Shown: positions 44,153 through 54,757, numbered from the stretch's first letter. The stretch is 64,000 nt of DNA from an uncultured Candidatus Saccharibacteria bacterium (GCA_964554805.1 CAZKPX010000003.1:76366-140365), one strand, 5' to 3'. Translations and numbers: made by a program. The notes: a model not told the origin generated them from the sequence alone.

Positions 44153-45772
44153 ATGAAGCGATCTCGAATTGGCTTAGTTGTGGTTGGTAGTTTGATTTTG
44201 AATATGGTGTTTATGCTGCAGCCAGTTGGAGTTGAAGAGGTTGCGGCTGTGTGGCCAGGTTACCCAAGCCAGCTTGTGTTTAATTCTAATAGGGATGGCG
44301 ATCAGGAGATTTATACATCAAAGATTGATGGTCAAGGGCTGCTTCAGCTGACTAATAATAGTGCGAGCGATACTAGCGCCGAGTTTTCACCAGATGGACA
44401 AAAAATCGTATTTGTCTCCAATCGCTCTGGGCCTAGTGAGATTTATATTATGGACAGTGATGGGGGTAACCAACAGGCCATAACTAGCAATGGAGTGGAA
44501 GCAGAGCACCCTTCCTGGTCTCCTGACGGATTAAAAATAATTTTTTACGCTGCCATTGGGGGTAATAATGATATTTACAGTATTGACCTTAATGGTTCAA
44601 ACCAAACTCGATTAACTACTGAATCGAGCCAAGAGCGCTATCCTGCTTATTCTCCAGACGGGACTAAAATTGTGTATAGGTCGCGTCAGGGCGTGAATAC
44701 TCATTTAGTTGTCATGGAGGCAAATGGATCAAGCAAGGTGACTCTTTATAGCGTCAGTAATGCCTATCTGGAGGCACCTCAATGGTCTCCTGATGGACAA
44801 GCTATTTACTTTCATAGTAATTCATCGGGTAGCTACGACATATACAGATTTCAATTAAGTAATAGTGAGGTAACTCAGCTGACGGATGATGGTTTTTTGA
44901 ATGAACGGCCATTCCCTTCGGCGGATGGTAAATCAATCTACTTTAGTTCTGATAAGATTGGTAGTTTGCGGCAGATTTTTGTGATGAATACTGATGGCTC
45001 CGATCAGGCTAGAGTGATTGCAAGTTCTTACAATGATGCTAGGCCCAAAGTATTCTCGCGGCCTAATGTGCCTCCGGTGCTAGGGAGTAAATTGTTGTCA
45101 GTATCCTCTAGCTCTAGCCAGCTAGTTGATGTTCTGGTAGGTGCTACCGACGAAGAACTATTGCCTGGCTCCAATCTGACTATCATTACTCTGCCTTCTC
45201 ATGGCTCGGCGATTATTGAGTCGGGCAAGATTAGATACACTGCTGGAGATACTTATGTTGGCGCAGATAGTTTGGAGTATCGAGCGTGCGACTCATTTAT
45301 GCTGGATCAAAAATGCAGCATAAAAACGCTTGGCATTACTGTAACGCCTAGACTTAGCGTGAGTAAGATTGGCGGTGCGGAGACTGACGGTAGTTCTAGG
45401 GTTGTCAGCGCGACCAATAAGCCAACCTTCTCTGGTTACACCACTCCCTTGGCCGAAGTCAAAGTTGAAATTCATTCTGACCCAATTATCCTAACTACTA
45501 CTGCAGATAGTGAAGGCTACTGGTCTGTTACTCCCACCTCTCCTATACCCCCTGGGAATCATACCGTTTATATTTCCTCTACTTTGAATGGTCAAACCAC
45601 TCAGTTGGATTCGTTTGTGCTTGGTATTTCGAGCACTATCCCAAACACTGGCGCAGATTATGATTGGTGGCGATATGGTGGAGTGGGTTTGACCATAGCT
45701 GGTTTGGGTAGTTTGTATGTGATTCGCCGACGCAGAAAGTTTGTTTCGCAGATTCCCCAATTATTCCCGTAA
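44153..45772 (+). CDS. Secreted surface protein: signal peptide, PD40/TolB-like beta-propeller repeats, Ig-like C-terminal region, (I)PNTG-type C-terminal sorting signal
   Basis: Repeated DxxPxWSPDGxxIxF blades. C-terminus TIPNTGADYDWWRYGGVGLTIAGLGSLYVIRRRRKFVSQIPQLFP, read as motif, TM, basic tail. Confidence 0.6.
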   Translation: MKRSRIGLVVVGSLILNMVFMLQPVGVEEVAAVWPGYPSQLVFNSNRDGDQEIYTSKIDGQGLLQLTNNSASDTSAEFSPDGQKIVFVSNRSGPSEIYIMDSDGGNQQAITSNGVEAEHPSWSPDGLKIIFYAAIGGNNDIYSIDLNGSNQTRLTTESSQERYPAYSPDGTKIVYRSRQGVNTHLVVMEANGSSKVTLYSVSNAYLEAPQWSPDGQAIYFHSNSSGSYDIYRFQLSNSEVTQLTDDGFLNERPFPSADGKSIYFSSDKIGSLRQIFVMNTDGSDQARVIASSYNDARPKVFSRPNVPPVLGSKLLSVSSSSSQLVDVLVGATDEELLPGSNLTIITLPSHGSAIIESGKIRYTAGDTYVGADSLEYRACDSFMLDQKCSIKTLGITVTPRLSVSKIGGAETDGSSRVVSATNKPTFSGYTTPLAEVKVEIHSDPIILTTTADSEGYWSVTPTSPIPPGNHTVYISSTLNGQTTQLDSFVLGISSTIPNTGADYDWWRYGGVGLTIAGLGSLYVIRRRRKFVSQIPQLFP

Positions 45773-45809
45773 GCTTGCCCGCTAGATAGGTATGCTTTAT
45801 CATAGATAC

Positions 45810-47429
45810 ATGAAGCGATCCCGGATTGGCTTGGTTGTGGTTGGTAGTTTGATTTTGAATACTATGCTTATGCTCCAACCTGCTGGAATACAGGAGGTTG
45901 AGGCGGCGTTTTCTGGGTATAACGGGAGAATAGCTTTTGAGACTAATCGTGACGGCAATAGTGAAATATATATGATGAATGAGGATGGCTCAGATCCTAG
46001 GAGGCTAACGAATAACTCATCGATGGATACTGCTCCAACATGGTCTCCGGATGGGAGCAAGATAGCGTTTGTCTCTAACCGAGATGGTAGTAACGAAATT
46101 TATGTAATGGATTCTGATGGGAGTAATCAGCAGAGGCTGACCAGTGATGCATATAGCAATAGTTCTCCTTCTTGGTCTCCAAGCGGGGATAGGGTAGCTT
46201 TTACTTCAAATGCCGAAGGCGGTAGTCAGATTTTTACTATTGATACTAATGGGAATGGGCGCAGTCAGATTACAAGTGGTCCTGCAAGTAAATACAATAT
46301 CTCGTGGCATCCAGGCGGGCAGTCATTAATTTATCAAGGATCTCTCGCAGGTAATAATGACGTATGGACTGTGAGTATAGGCGATAGTCTTGAAGAGAAT
46401 ATTACCAATACTCCCAGCTCAGGTGAGCAGATTCCTAGATGGAGTCCTGATGGACAAAGAATTGTATTTACTTCCAACAGGGATGGGAATAATGAAATAT
46501 ACACAATGAACGCAGATGGAGGTGATTGGGTTCGTATTACGAATGATCCAGCAAATGATAACGGTGCTTACTGGTCCCCTGATGGAAATAAGATTGTATA
46601 TCACACTGATATCCCAAACCTTAATCTTGATAAGAACATCGTAGTCAGCAATTCTAGTGGTACTACAAAGGAAATTACAACAACTAATCCCACCAACGAC
46701 TTAAATCCTCAATGGCAACCCATCCCCAATACCTCACCAGTCCTAGCTGCTGCGGCCCTATCTGTTCAATCTGGCTCTGCTCAGAGTGTTGATGTTTTAA
46801 CGGGTGCGACTGATGAGGAGGCCCTGGAGGCTGCCAATGTAAGCCTTGTCAGTCAACCTGCCTATGGCACGGCTGGTGTTGAGTTGGGCAAGGTTGTGTA
46901 CACTGCTAGCACCGCCTATGTCGGTTCGGATAGTCTGCAATACCAGGTCTGCGATTCGTTTATGCTGGATCAGAAATGTTCGACTCAAACACTTGGCATT
47001 ACAGTGACTCCTTGGTTGAGTTTGAAGGAAGTCGGTACTGTCGCGACTGATGGTTCGGGTAAAGTCATCTCCCCTTCTAGCAAGCCAACCTTTTCTGGCT
47101 ATACGACTCCCCTGGCTGAAGTGAAAGTTGAAATTCATTCAGATCCAATCATTCTGACTACTCAGGCTAATGGCGATGGCTACTGGTCTGTTACCCCTAC
47201 CTCTCCTCTACCCTCAGGCGATCATACTGTTTATATCTCCTCAACACTCAATGGTCAGACAACCCAGCTAGATTCGTTTGTCTTGAGTGTTCAGACAACG
47301 ACCCCTAATACTGGTGCCGATTACACTCTTGTGCGAGGGGTGGGGGCGGGTCTGGTTGGTCTAGGGGCTCTCATCTTAGCCGCAGCATTAAGACGCCGAG
47401 GGCCTAAGGTGTCCCCTCTATCTCTATAA
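45810..47429 (+). CDS. Paralogous secreted PD40/TolB-like beta-propeller surface protein with TPNTG C-terminal sorting signal
   Basis: Same architecture as 44153-45772. The C-terminal 150 aa are near-identical (FSGYTTPLAEVKVEIHSDPIILTT...LNGQTTQLDSFVL). Start set at MKRSRIG. Confidence 0.6.
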   Translation: MKRSRIGLVVVGSLILNTMLMLQPAGIQEVEAAFSGYNGRIAFETNRDGNSEIYMMNEDGSDPRRLTNNSSMDTAPTWSPDGSKIAFVSNRDGSNEIYVMDSDGSNQQRLTSDAYSNSSPSWSPSGDRVAFTSNAEGGSQIFTIDTNGNGRSQITSGPASKYNISWHPGGQSLIYQGSLAGNNDVWTVSIGDSLEENITNTPSSGEQIPRWSPDGQRIVFTSNRDGNNEIYTMNADGGDWVRITNDPANDNGAYWSPDGNKIVYHTDIPNLNLDKNIVVSNSSGTTKEITTTNPTNDLNPQWQPIPNTSPVLAAAALSVQSGSAQSVDVLTGATDEEALEAANVSLVSQPAYGTAGVELGKVVYTASTAYVGSDSLQYQVCDSFMLDQKCSTQTLGITVTPWLSLKEVGTVATDGSGKVISPSSKPTFSGYTTPLAEVKVEIHSDPIILTTQANGDGYWSVTPTSPLPSGDHTVYISSTLNGQTTQLDSFVLSVQTTTPNTGADYTLVRGVGAGLVGLGALILAAALRRRGPKVSPLSL

Positions 47430-47584
47430 TACTCAGCCTATAATATCGCTATTATGATAGTAATAATTCAGGGTTGAACCCTGAGGTTAGCTTTTGTGTC
47501 GTTTTAGGTAATGGCAAATTCAGCCTATGATGAGTTCAGGCTGGCTTGACTCATGCCTGCCTGTTTGGGTAGAATGAGGCATAG

Positions 47585-50053
47585 ATGCGGTTATTTTTGA
47601 ATTCATTTGATATTGGCCATTTTGGTACCAGGCAGTTTCTGGTGGCTGTTTTGCTTAGCCTTATGATGGTGAGTGGTTTGCTGGCTTTGCCGGTTGCTCA
47701 AGCGGACTACTCTACTCCGGACGCGACTTTGAAATGGAGCACTTTGGATGTCCCGGGGGGAGATGTGTCTCGAGCCTGGTCAACAGCTGCCTCTTCGGCA
47801 GATGGTTCGGTTTTGCTCGTTGGTTATAATGGCGCTTACTCCATGCATCGCTCGATTGATAGTGGTCTAACCTGGACGGAGGTTGGACCGGCTGTCACTT
47901 ATGGCACCTTTCCTTGGCGCAGCTTTGCCATGTCGGCTGATGGTCAGGTAATGCTGGCGGGTGATGCGTATCGCCTGTACCTCTCTTCTGATATGGGCGA
48001 TAATTGGACTGAGGCAAGACCGGTTGGAGATGTCAATCTTCATTGGGGGAATGTAGCCATGTCGGCTGATGGCCAGGTAATGTTGGCAAGCGTTAATGAT
48101 GTCGGTGGCCGGTTGTATTATTCGACTAACCAAGGCCAGGACTGGCAAGAAGTTCAGCCGGCTGGTGATGTTGATCGATACTGGCGAGGTTTGGCTGTGT
48201 CAGCTGATGGCCAGGTGATGCTGGCTGGCGCCTCGGGCGGTCGGTTGTATCGGTCGGTTGACGGCGGGGACAGTTGGGTTGAGATGCAGCCAGCGGGTAA
48301 CGTTAATAGATTTTGGTTGACTACCTCTATGTCGGCTGATGGTCAGGTAATGTTGGCTGGGTCTGTAGCCGCCACAGGTCGGTTGTATCGGTCGGTTAAC
48401 GGCGGGGATAGTTGGGTTGAGATGCAGCCAGCAGGTGACGTTAATGTTAGCTGGTGTCGCAGTCGGGTATCTGCCAATGGTCAATCTATGCATATAAGCT
48501 ATGGTTGTGACAGTGGTGGGGGTCGGTTGTATCGGTCGGTTGATAGTGGAGGTAGTTGGCTCGAGATGACTCCGATCGATGGTGGCGCTTATATGTGGAT
48601 GGCTATAGCCGCTAGCGATGATCAGCAGACAATAATAGCTGGTGTGTCTTTTGGTCATGTATATCTTTCGCATAATAGTGGCCAAACCTGGTTGAAGATC
48701 AGGCCATATGGCCAGCATGGTAATGACTGGAGATCCTTGGCAGTATCTGACAATGCCCGGGTGCTATTTGCCGGCTCAACTGGTGGCGGTGGCAGTGGGC
48801 GACTCTATCGTTCTATTGATAGAGGCGTTGCGTGGGCTGAGGTTCGGCCGGCTGGTGACGTTGGTGCAAATTGGAGTGATGTAGCATTGTCGGCTGATGG
48901 TCAAACTGTACTGGCTGTTGCATCGGGCAAAAGACTATATCGATCACAGGATGGCGGCAATAGCTGGGCGGAAGTGCGTCCAATAGGTAATGTTGACGCT
49001 GCTTGGTGGCGTGCAGCTATGTCAGCTGACGGGCAGATTTTGTTTGCCAGTGTTTCTGGTGGTCGACTATATCGCTCGCTGGATGGAGGTGATTCGTGGA
49101 CTGAAATTCAGCCGGCCGGTAATGCTAACTATGCGTGGCAGCAACTGGCGACTTCGACAGATGGCCAGGTTGTTTTTGCAGGTGTCTTTGCCGGACGCAT
49201 TTATAAAAGTGGTAATACGGGAGATAGCTGGACTGAAGTTCAGCCGGCCGGTGATGTTAATATTTACTGGGTAGATCAAGGAGTGAGTTTGTCGGCTGAT
49301 GGTCAGCGTGTTTTTGCTGTAGGTGGCGGTCACGTGTATCGCTCTGTGGATGGTGGCAATGTATGGGCTGAAGTGCAGCTGTCGGGTACCTGGTGGTCGA
49401 CTGTATCGCAATCCAGGGATGGGCTGCGGGTACTCTTGGGGTCGTTTCCGGGGCGATTGTATGGCTCGACAGATGGAGGTGACAATTGGTCTGAAGTAAC
49501 GCCAATAGGTGATAAATTGGGGCTCTGGCAGCTAGTCCGACTGGCCTCGGATGGTAAGAAGATAGTTGCGGCGGCCAGCATGGGGCGGGTTTATTTGGGC
49601 ACTTTGACGCCGACGGCCCCTGGCTTGACTATAGCGGCCAATACGGTATTTGATCCCACTCAGTCTGCCTCAAGTACCGCTTTGACCGGCACAGCGCCGG
49701 TTGGAGCGACCGTGGAGGTTGAAGTGCACTCGACGCCACAATCCGGGGTGGTGACGGCTGACGGGAGTGGCCATTGGTCATGGTCTCCGCCGCTGCCGCT
49801 GGAGCCGGGAAGCCATCAGTACAGAGCTCGGATTTTGGATGACGATATTGAGGGCGATTGGAGCGATTGGGTGAGTTTTCAGGTTCTAGGAGTGACGGAT
49901 TCCGGTGATGAGTCATCTATCCCCAATACCGGAGTAGACTATTGGTGGTGGAGAGTTGGCGGTTTACTTGTGTTTGCGGCTGGCTTGAGCTTGCTTGGGT
50001 ATGTTCGCAAGTATAGGCGCTTTCCTTTGGTGCCGGACCTGTTCCCACGGTAG
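47585..50053 (+). CDS. Secreted BNR/Asp-box-repeat (Ycf48/sialidase-like beta-propeller) surface protein with IPNTG C-terminal sorting signal
   Basis: About 14 repeats of (R)LY(R)SxDGGxSW(T/A)E spaced roughly 45 aa apart. Signal peptide with AQA. C-terminus SSIPNTGVDYWWWRVGGLLVFAAGLSLLGYVRKYRRFPLVPDLFPR. Confidence 0.65.
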   Translation: MRLFLNSFDIGHFGTRQFLVAVLLSLMMVSGLLALPVAQADYSTPDATLKWSTLDVPGGDVSRAWSTAASSADGSVLLVGYNGAYSMHRSIDSGLTWTEVGPAVTYGTFPWRSFAMSADGQVMLAGDAYRLYLSSDMGDNWTEARPVGDVNLHWGNVAMSADGQVMLASVNDVGGRLYYSTNQGQDWQEVQPAGDVDRYWRGLAVSADGQVMLAGASGGRLYRSVDGGDSWVEMQPAGNVNRFWLTTSMSADGQVMLAGSVAATGRLYRSVNGGDSWVEMQPAGDVNVSWCRSRVSANGQSMHISYGCDSGGGRLYRSVDSGGSWLEMTPIDGGAYMWMAIAASDDQQTIIAGVSFGHVYLSHNSGQTWLKIRPYGQHGNDWRSLAVSDNARVLFAGSTGGGGSGRLYRSIDRGVAWAEVRPAGDVGANWSDVALSADGQTVLAVASGKRLYRSQDGGNSWAEVRPIGNVDAAWWRAAMSADGQILFASVSGGRLYRSLDGGDSWTEIQPAGNANYAWQQLATSTDGQVVFAGVFAGRIYKSGNTGDSWTEVQPAGDVNIYWVDQGVSLSADGQRVFAVGGGHVYRSVDGGNVWAEVQLSGTWWSTVSQSRDGLRVLLGSFPGRLYGSTDGGDNWSEVTPIGDKLGLWQLVRLASDGKKIVAAASMGRVYLGTLTPTAPGLTIAANTVFDPTQSASSTALTGTAPVGATVEVEVHSTPQSGVVTADGSGHWSWSPPLPLEPGSHQYRARILDDDIEGDWSDWVSFQVLGVTDSGDESSIPNTGVDYWWWRVGGLLVFAAGLSLLGYVRKYRRFPLVPDLFPR

Positions 50054-50267
50054 GTTTAGGATTTAGTCTGAAGCTGAATACCCTGTGCTCTAAGCCATAA
50101 GTCCTCATCCCTCTGCCGGTTTAAAATTGCTCCAGCTTGGTTTGACCGCAGGTCTGAACATTAGGTATAAATCTTCGCGATTAATGCAAGCTCCGAGAGC
50201 ATTAGTCTTGGAGCTTGTTATGGTTGGTTGTTGTTTACCAATACTGCACTACTCTGCTACAATAACT

Positions 50268-50507
50268 TGTATGTCTGAAAATACTGAAAAAAACTCAAAC
50301 CACTGGCAGGAATTGGCTGATACCCCAGTGCTTCGCTCAACAGAAAAAGCTCAGCCGGTCGAGATGAAAGTCAAACTGACTCATGGAGTGTGGTTTGGGA
50401 CGGCTATGGGGATTGGTTTTGCCATCGGTTTTCTGGTGTCCTTCCTGATTCTGGTGGGTATTGTCGGTTTCTTTGTTTACTCACGCTTCCCTGGTTTATT
50501 TAGCTAG
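50268..50507 (+). CDS. Small tail-anchored membrane protein (hypothetical)
   Basis: 79 aa from the internal ATG. Single C-terminal TM (FGTAMGIGFAIGFLVSFLILVGIVGFFVY). No SD, so weak. Confidence 0.3.
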   Translation, partial: CMSENTEKNSNHWQELADTPVLRSTEKAQPVEMKVKLTHGVWFGTAMGIGFAIGFLVSFLILVGIVGFFVYSRFPGLFS

Positions 50508-50536
50508 AACTATACTGACCTGAAACCTGTTATGGT

Positions 50537-52513
50537 TTGGCGGTTGGTCCTGCCAATTTTTTTATGTCTCTTCGATTTATTATCTCAAGCTTGGTGGCCG
50601 TTGCAGCTGTTGGTTGTGCGGCTTTTGGTTTAGTTACTATTTCTAAAGCAGTTGAAGTGGCAGGTGAACATACCTTTGCTTCCTCTACTCTGCCTGATTT
50701 GGATAGCTCGCCGACTCAGACAACCAAGATTTATGATAAATCCGGGGATTTATTGTACGAAGTAGGAAGTGTCTATCGTCGAATTATTGAGATTGATCAG
50801 GTGCCGGACCGGGTTAGGGACGCCTTTTTGGCGGCTGAGGATAGAACTTTTTATACAAATCCAGGCTTTTCTATTCGCAGTTTGATTCGGGCAGCCAGTA
50901 CTGATTTGCGACATGATGAATTGCGCCAAGGCGGATCGACTATTACTCAGCAGTTAGCTCAGATGTTGGTAGTGTCAAAAGATAATACTGTTGAACGAAA
51001 AATCCGAGAGATTGTGGTGTCGGTTATGTTGACCAAGCAATACTCTAAAGAGGATATTCTGGAGCGCTATTTGAATGAGGTGCCGGTGGGTGGAGAGTTG
51101 GTAGGAATTGGGACGGCGGCTGAATTATATTTTGGGACATCAGTCGATGAATTGAGTATCGCTCAGGGTGCTTATTTGGCGGCCATGATCAATGCGCCTG
51201 GTATTCTTGACCCGTACCTCAATCCGGAAGGGCTGCAGTCTCGCCAGCAATTGGTTATTGATCGAATGGCCGGTTTTGGTTTTATTGATGAAGCTACTCG
51301 AGATCAGGCTAAGGCTGAAGAGGTGGTCTTTTCTCCTCGAAAGACTGTCCTCAAATACCCTTTCTATTCATTGTATGTCAGGCGGGTTTTGGAGGAGCAG
51401 TATGGTCGGGATGTGCTTGATCAAGGCTTAACGGTCCATACCAGTCTGGATGCTAATTTGCAGGCTCAGGCTGAACAGATTATCGCTGAAAAAGTGGAAG
51501 CCAATGCTAAAACTTGGCAGGCAGACAATGTCTCTCTGATTGCGGTTGAGCCGACATCAGGGCAGATTGTGGCCTATGTCGGCGGGGCGGACTTTAACAC
51601 CTCGCAGGTTGATGTCAACTCCTCTTTGCGGCAACCAGGTAGTACTATTAAGCCGCTCATTTATTATTCGGCTTTTGAGCAGGGCTATAATCAGGACACT
51701 ATGGTTTTGGATATGGTTGAAGACTTTGGCGGCGGTTGGAGACCAACTAATTATGGGGGCGGATCGAGCGGTCGATATGTCAGCTTGAGAGCGGCTTTGT
51801 CGTCATCTCTTAATATTCCGGCAGTCAGAGTGTTGCGCGGGGTGGGGATTCCGGTCGCTATTAATAATTTGATGCAGATGGGGTATCCGATTAAGTCTAA
51901 TTATAACTATACTTTGCCTTTGGCTTTGGGTTCTGAAGAAGCTCGGCCGCTCGATATGGCTCAGGCTTTTTCAGTGCTGGCTAATGGTGGTCGGCAGGTT
52001 AAGGTTTCGCCGCTGCTCAAGGTGGTTGACCGGCATGGTGAAGTATTGCTTGATCGCAGCGGGACTAGTTCGGGACGGCAAATCTTGGATGCCAATGCGG
52101 TGGCTATGACTACCAGTATTATCTCTGACTATACCTTAAAACGCCAAACCTACGCCGGTGATTATTATAAACACTACACTTTGGCTGATCGCCCGGCTGC
52201 TGCCAAAACTGGTACGTCTTCAGGGCCCAAAGATGCTTGGACAATTGGCTATACACCGCAGTTGTTGGCGGCTGTCTGGACTGGTAATACTTCCGGCAAA
52301 GATTTGGCTAGTCGAGCTGATGGTATCAATGTAGCGGCTCCTATTTGGCATGATTTTATGACCTATGCCCACCTTGCCCTGCCAGTTGAAAAGTTTGTGG
52401 AGGTCAAGCGAGTACCGCCTGATCCGCTGTATAAATATATAGATAAAAAACCTCGCGGCTATGTTGAGCCAACACCGACGGTCATTGAATCGTCGGGTAG
52501 TGCGGTGCGGTGA
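50537..52513 (+). CDS. Class A penicillin-binding protein (bifunctional glycosyltransferase GT51 plus transpeptidase)
   Basis: GT51 motifs EDRTFYTNPG and GGSTITQQLAQ. TPase motifs PGSTIKP (SxxK), SSLN (SxN) and KTGTS. N-terminal TM. Confidence 0.9.
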   Translation: MAVGPANFFMSLRFIISSLVAVAAVGCAAFGLVTISKAVEVAGEHTFASSTLPDLDSSPTQTTKIYDKSGDLLYEVGSVYRRIIEIDQVPDRVRDAFLAAEDRTFYTNPGFSIRSLIRAASTDLRHDELRQGGSTITQQLAQMLVVSKDNTVERKIREIVVSVMLTKQYSKEDILERYLNEVPVGGELVGIGTAAELYFGTSVDELSIAQGAYLAAMINAPGILDPYLNPEGLQSRQQLVIDRMAGFGFIDEATRDQAKAEEVVFSPRKTVLKYPFYSLYVRRVLEEQYGRDVLDQGLTVHTSLDANLQAQAEQIIAEKVEANAKTWQADNVSLIAVEPTSGQIVAYVGGADFNTSQVDVNSSLRQPGSTIKPLIYYSAFEQGYNQDTMVLDMVEDFGGGWRPTNYGGGSSGRYVSLRAALSSSLNIPAVRVLRGVGIPVAINNLMQMGYPIKSNYNYTLPLALGSEEARPLDMAQAFSVLANGGRQVKVSPLLKVVDRHGEVLLDRSGTSSGRQILDANAVAMTTSIISDYTLKRQTYAGDYYKHYTLADRPAAAKTGTSSGPKDAWTIGYTPQLLAAVWTGNTSGKDLASRADGINVAAPIWHDFMTYAHLALPVEKFVEVKRVPPDPLYKYIDKKPRGYVEPTPTVIESSGSAVR

Positions 52514-52586
52514 GGGAAGGTAGATTTTTTATGTTCAATATTCTATATTCAATCTCCCATATCCGCGCCTTGGCGCTGGGGTTAAT

Positions 52587-53225
52587 GTGATTTGGCCGAC
52601 TTTAGACTACGAAAAACAAATAGCTAGGCAGGGTTTTGAGGTGGTAGCTGGTATAGATGAAGTAGGGCGCGGGGCTTGGGCGGGGCCGGTGGTGGCTGGG
52701 GCTATGGTTTTGCCGGCTGGATTGGGGTTGTATCAGGCTGACCTGGTTGAATCTGAGTGTTTACCACGGTGGTTGCGGGATTCTAAATCTTTGACTCATC
52801 AGCAACGGCTGGAGACGGCTGGTCAGTTGAAGAAATTGACTGACGATTGGGCTATTGGTCAGGCGGAGGTGGAAGAAATTGACGGGCTGGGGATTGGTCG
52901 GGCCACTTTTTTGGCTATGGAGCGGGCGGTAGCCGGGTTAAAAATTGAAGTCGAATACTTGTTGGTTGACGGTTCGGCTCATCCTGCCTGGGCGGCAGAT
53001 AAACAGCTGGCTATGGCTAAGGGTGACGCTAAATCAGCCACCATTGCGGCGGCTTCGATTCTGGCCAAGGTCTATCGAGACCAGTTGATGGACGAATTGG
53101 CGATTCAGTGTCCGGAATATGGCTTTGAGACGCACAAGGGTTATGGCACAGCTCAACATCGGCAGGCTATTGCTGAACATGGTCTATTGCCTGTCCACCG
53201 GACGAGCTTTAAGATTTTAAAGTAG
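52587..53225 (+). CDS. rnhB: Ribonuclease HII
   Basis: GIDEVGRGAWAGPVV (catalytic Asp/Glu), DSKSLTHQQR, 212 aa. Confidence 0.85.
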   Translation: MIWPTLDYEKQIARQGFEVVAGIDEVGRGAWAGPVVAGAMVLPAGLGLYQADLVESECLPRWLRDSKSLTHQQRLETAGQLKKLTDDWAIGQAEVEEIDGLGIGRATFLAMERAVAGLKIEVEYLLVDGSAHPAWAADKQLAMAKGDAKSATIAAASILAKVYRDQLMDELAIQCPEYGFETHKGYGTAQHRQAIAEHGLLPVHRTSFKILK

Positions 53226-53257
53226 CCTCCGCCTCGGCTTGCTGGACTGCTATCAGA

Positions 53258-54757
53258 TTAGAGCATGGGTAATGGTTTGGTCGAAGCGTTTCTGGCCATT
53301 TGATGATAAGCTTGATTGTCTATTTGTGGTGGCGACCAGTCTACCAGCTCCTGAGGAGAAATCGGTCTGCCAAGCCAAGCAGTAGCCTGTTCTTGGTCAT
53401 GCAGCAGTTCGTAGGCTTGACCATTTTTGAATACAATCATAGGTAGGCCAAAGAACTGGGCTGTTTCGGCTATGTTTTGCATGGTTATGGACCTCAGATT
53501 ATCCCGTTCGGCTAATCCGCGTTGCCAGAGGATATCGGTCATGGCGATAGACTGGTCTTGATTTAGGTTAACCATAGGAGCTTGGTCGAGATTGACAAAA
53601 GTCGCTGCAACCCGTGTTTGGCTGACTATGACTTCGTTGTATCTCTGTTTTGATCCCTGGGCTAGAGCTGCTGATAGTCTCTGCTGATATTCTTCAACTG
53701 ACCCAACACTGGTCGTCCTTCGATTCTCTTGGGTGGCTTGACTGCCTTTGTCGAAAGCGGCTGCATCCTCGATTGTTCCGCTGTTGAGAACCAGGCCGAA
53801 ATTATCCCACAGCTGAATCCGACTGTCGCCCGAACCTGGTCGGAAGGTTGAGGCGCAGATAGAAGGGTTTTGGGTCAAGAGGTAGGCTATTCTTTCCTGG
53901 TAGCTACTTTGATTATTGATATTCTGGTTGTTGCCGAAACCAATATCGAATTCTGGTTTGACTGCATGGACTATATAGTGACCGTTGGCTAGAACAAGAG
54001 ACTCCAGGCTGCCGTGAGCCTGTTTGTACTCTTCAAGCTGATGGCGGTTGTATTGTTTTTTCTGATCGACTTTCCAACCAAGCGCAATCTGTTGATAGTA
54101 TTGGTCGAGATAGGCTTGGCTATCAGCGTAAAATGATTGCTGGTTAGCTTTAATTCTCTGTAATTCTTCATGATAGTAGGCGGTTCTATACAATTCTTGC
54201 TTGATGCCCGCTTGATGTTCTAGGGTGCTGGCTTGTTTTTGTGATTCGGCCAGGGCTTGCCGGTGTTCTTCGATAGGAAAATTACGGAACTTGTCCATTA
54301 TCCGCTTGACCAGGCTGGTTTCATGGTCTTGAATGAGATTGCTGATCTCGGCGGCTTGCTGCTCATATGCCAGCTTTTCGTTTCGGATAGTCTCCAGAGT
54401 ATCTCTATCCTGTTGTGACTGGCTCTGTATGCTCTGCTCGCGCCTGCGATCTTGAGCTCTGTCTCTGCGCATCGTTTGCAGCCTTTGGGCTACGTCATTA
54501 CGAGAAACTGGGCCAGCATAGACGCCTTGGTACAGGCTATCCTGCTCTTTAGAGAACTGGCGCAGCTGGTTTTTGGAAGGTTTAGGGATAGAATGTTGCG
54601 ATTCGCGATTCATGATGAAGTAAGTGCGTTTTAAGTTTAGCATGCCAACCGAGTCGGAGTCAGTTGTTGCTGTGCTTTTTGACAGACTGATATAAATTTG
54701 GGTAGTTATGACCTGCTTCTTTGTTGCCAAGTAGGGGCAACAGAAGTACAATGACAC
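53258..54757 (-). CDS. Hypothetical Gln-rich protein
   Basis: Long ORF with coiled-coil-like Q/E/R-rich middle section. No motif recognised. Start probably at an internal Met (MLNLKRTYF or MNRESQH). Confidence 0.35.
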   Translation of the reverse strand: MSLYFCCPYLATKKQVITTQIYISLSKSTATTDSDSVGMLNLKRTYFIMNRESQHSIPKPSKNQLRQFSKEQDSLYQGVYAGPVSRNDVAQRLQTMRRDRAQDRRREQSIQSQSQQDRDTLETIRNEKLAYEQQAAEISNLIQDHETSLVKRIMDKFRNFPIEEHRQALAESQKQASTLEHQAGIKQELYRTAYYHEELQRIKANQQSFYADSQAYLDQYYQQIALGWKVDQKKQYNRHQLEEYKQAHGSLESLVLANGHYIVHAVKPEFDIGFGNNQNINNQSSYQERIAYLLTQNPSICASTFRPGSGDSRIQLWDNFGLVLNSGTIEDAAAFDKGSQATQENRRTTSVGSVEEYQQRLSAALAQGSKQRYNEVIVSQTRVAATFVNLDQAPMVNLNQDQSIAMTDILWQRGLAERDNLRSITMQNIAETAQFFGLPMIVFKNGQAYELLHDQEQATAWLGRPISPQELVDWSPPQIDNQAYHQMARNASTKPLPML

